Assembly: GCA_963692915.1 (NCBI GenBank)
Contig: OY843584.1
Location: 608,001 to 672,000, forward strand
Direction of reading: 5' to 3'
Source of the DNA: Cenarchaeum sp.
GTDB taxonomy: Archaea; Thermoproteota; Nitrososphaeria; Nitrososphaerales; Nitrosopumilaceae
Length of the DNA stretch: 64,000 bases
A program made the translations under genes and the position numbers. Positions 63,375 through 64,000 of the stretch are shown piece by piece. The stretch's first letter is position 1; each line of letters opens with the position of its first letter. A model generated the notes under the pieces. It did not search any database. It was given only the letters and a program-made list of their open reading frames with translations, and was not told where the DNA came from.

Positions 63375-63545
63375 CTAGGCGTGGCCCTCAGGGCCATGGG
63401 GGCCTGTAGAGGCGTCATGGCAATCACACGAGCAATCGTGAGTGGAGTGACTGCTGAGGCAGTCTATGCACCGATAGTGCTCACGCCTCTCGCACGCCGA
63501 GCAGATCATGGTGCCCGTGGCACGGGTGGCTTTTGTTAAGTTTTG
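63375..63545 (+). ncRNA. candidate multi-stem structured RNA
   Basis: AGAGGCGT/ACGCCTCT closing three hairpins, then a hairpin plus T-rich tail; strand tentative. Confidence 0.4.
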
Positions 63546-63644
63546 CCCATAGGCACGCCTGCGCCGGCGAGCTCAACTATCGCTATTGTCCCATGAAATT
63601 TAATAGACAAGGGGGGTTATGACGCGAAGGCCAGAGATCCATGC

Positions 63645-64000
63645 ATGAGGGCACCCATTATGGCACTTGCCGCAGCCGTCATCCTGGCCCCCATGGCCGC
63701 CGGAGACGCCGAGGCCATCCTGTGGGATCTCCTCATCGACGCCAACGTCACAGCAGACGTGTCCTACGGCAGCAGCATGACGGTGGCAGGCACCGTGACC
63801 AACCATGCCGGCTGGCCGGTTTCAGAGGCCACCGTGACGCTCAGGGCAGGCCCACACACGGCCATGGCAATGACCGGGAGTGACGGGACGTTTGAGGCGA
63901 CAGTTGACAGGACAGACATGATACCTGGCCTGCACGCCGCACAGATGCGCGCGAGCACAGATGATGGACTTCTTGGCATGGCGAGCATACAGGTCTCTGT
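63645..64000 (+). CDS. secreted protein with carboxypeptidase-regulatory-like/Ig domain (partial)
   Basis: Own translation MRAPIMALAAAVILAP...GTVTNHAGWPVSEATVTL...TGSDGTF; runs off window. Confidence 0.75.
   Translation, partial: MRAPIMALAAAVILAPMAAGDAEAILWDLLIDANVTADVSYGSSMTVAGTVTNHAGWPVSEATVTLRAGPHTAMAMTGSDGTFEATVDRTDMIPGLHAAQMRASTDDGLLGMASIQVS

Noticed and set aside
63400-63500. tRNA or fluoride riboswitch
   Set aside because: No TTC-containing T-loop or proper cloverleaf arm sizes; minus-strand ATGACGCCT resembles the crcB 3' end, but the 5' GGxGAUGG stem and a fluoride-related gene are missing

Overview
GC-rich archaeal chromosome segment, most consistent with Nitrosopumilaceae (Thaumarchaeota/Nitrososphaerota), possibly a Cenarchaeum-like symbiont. 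This rests on archaeal EF-2 with the diphthamide His loop, PurP, futalosine-pathway MqnD/MqnE, small thaumarchaeal-type Zn-finger proteins and TATA boxes about 25 nt upstream of leaderless starts. A housekeeping backbone (tatC, tatA, MoxR/DUF58/vWA operon, ubiX, purP, CBS-TrkH, mqnD, EF-2, XPD-like and SNF2 helicases, pgk, mqnE) is interrupted by four duplicate-and-diverge loci. (1) An AT-rich DUF3800 gene with a downstream structured-RNA candidate, bracketed by direct repeats that include the mqnD 3' end. (2) Two tandem cassettes of a putative R-S-E ADP-ribosyltransferase plus an acidic partner, delimited by three copies of an imperfect 18-bp palindrome. (3) Two ~3000-aa Ig-like surface-protein paralogs with mosaic divergence, each with a poly-G tract (G19, G17) at the same position upstream of its TATA box, a candidate archaeal phase-variation system. 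(4) An array of Panacea/SocA-like genes paired with membrane proteins, with an IS66 relic in the middle unit. Also seen: an orphan HerA/VirB4-like ATPase, an expanded HEPN protein, a possible orphan HK97-fold protein, a His/Met repeat protein and an unidentified structured RNA candidate. All family calls come from motif recognition by eye; no database searches were run.
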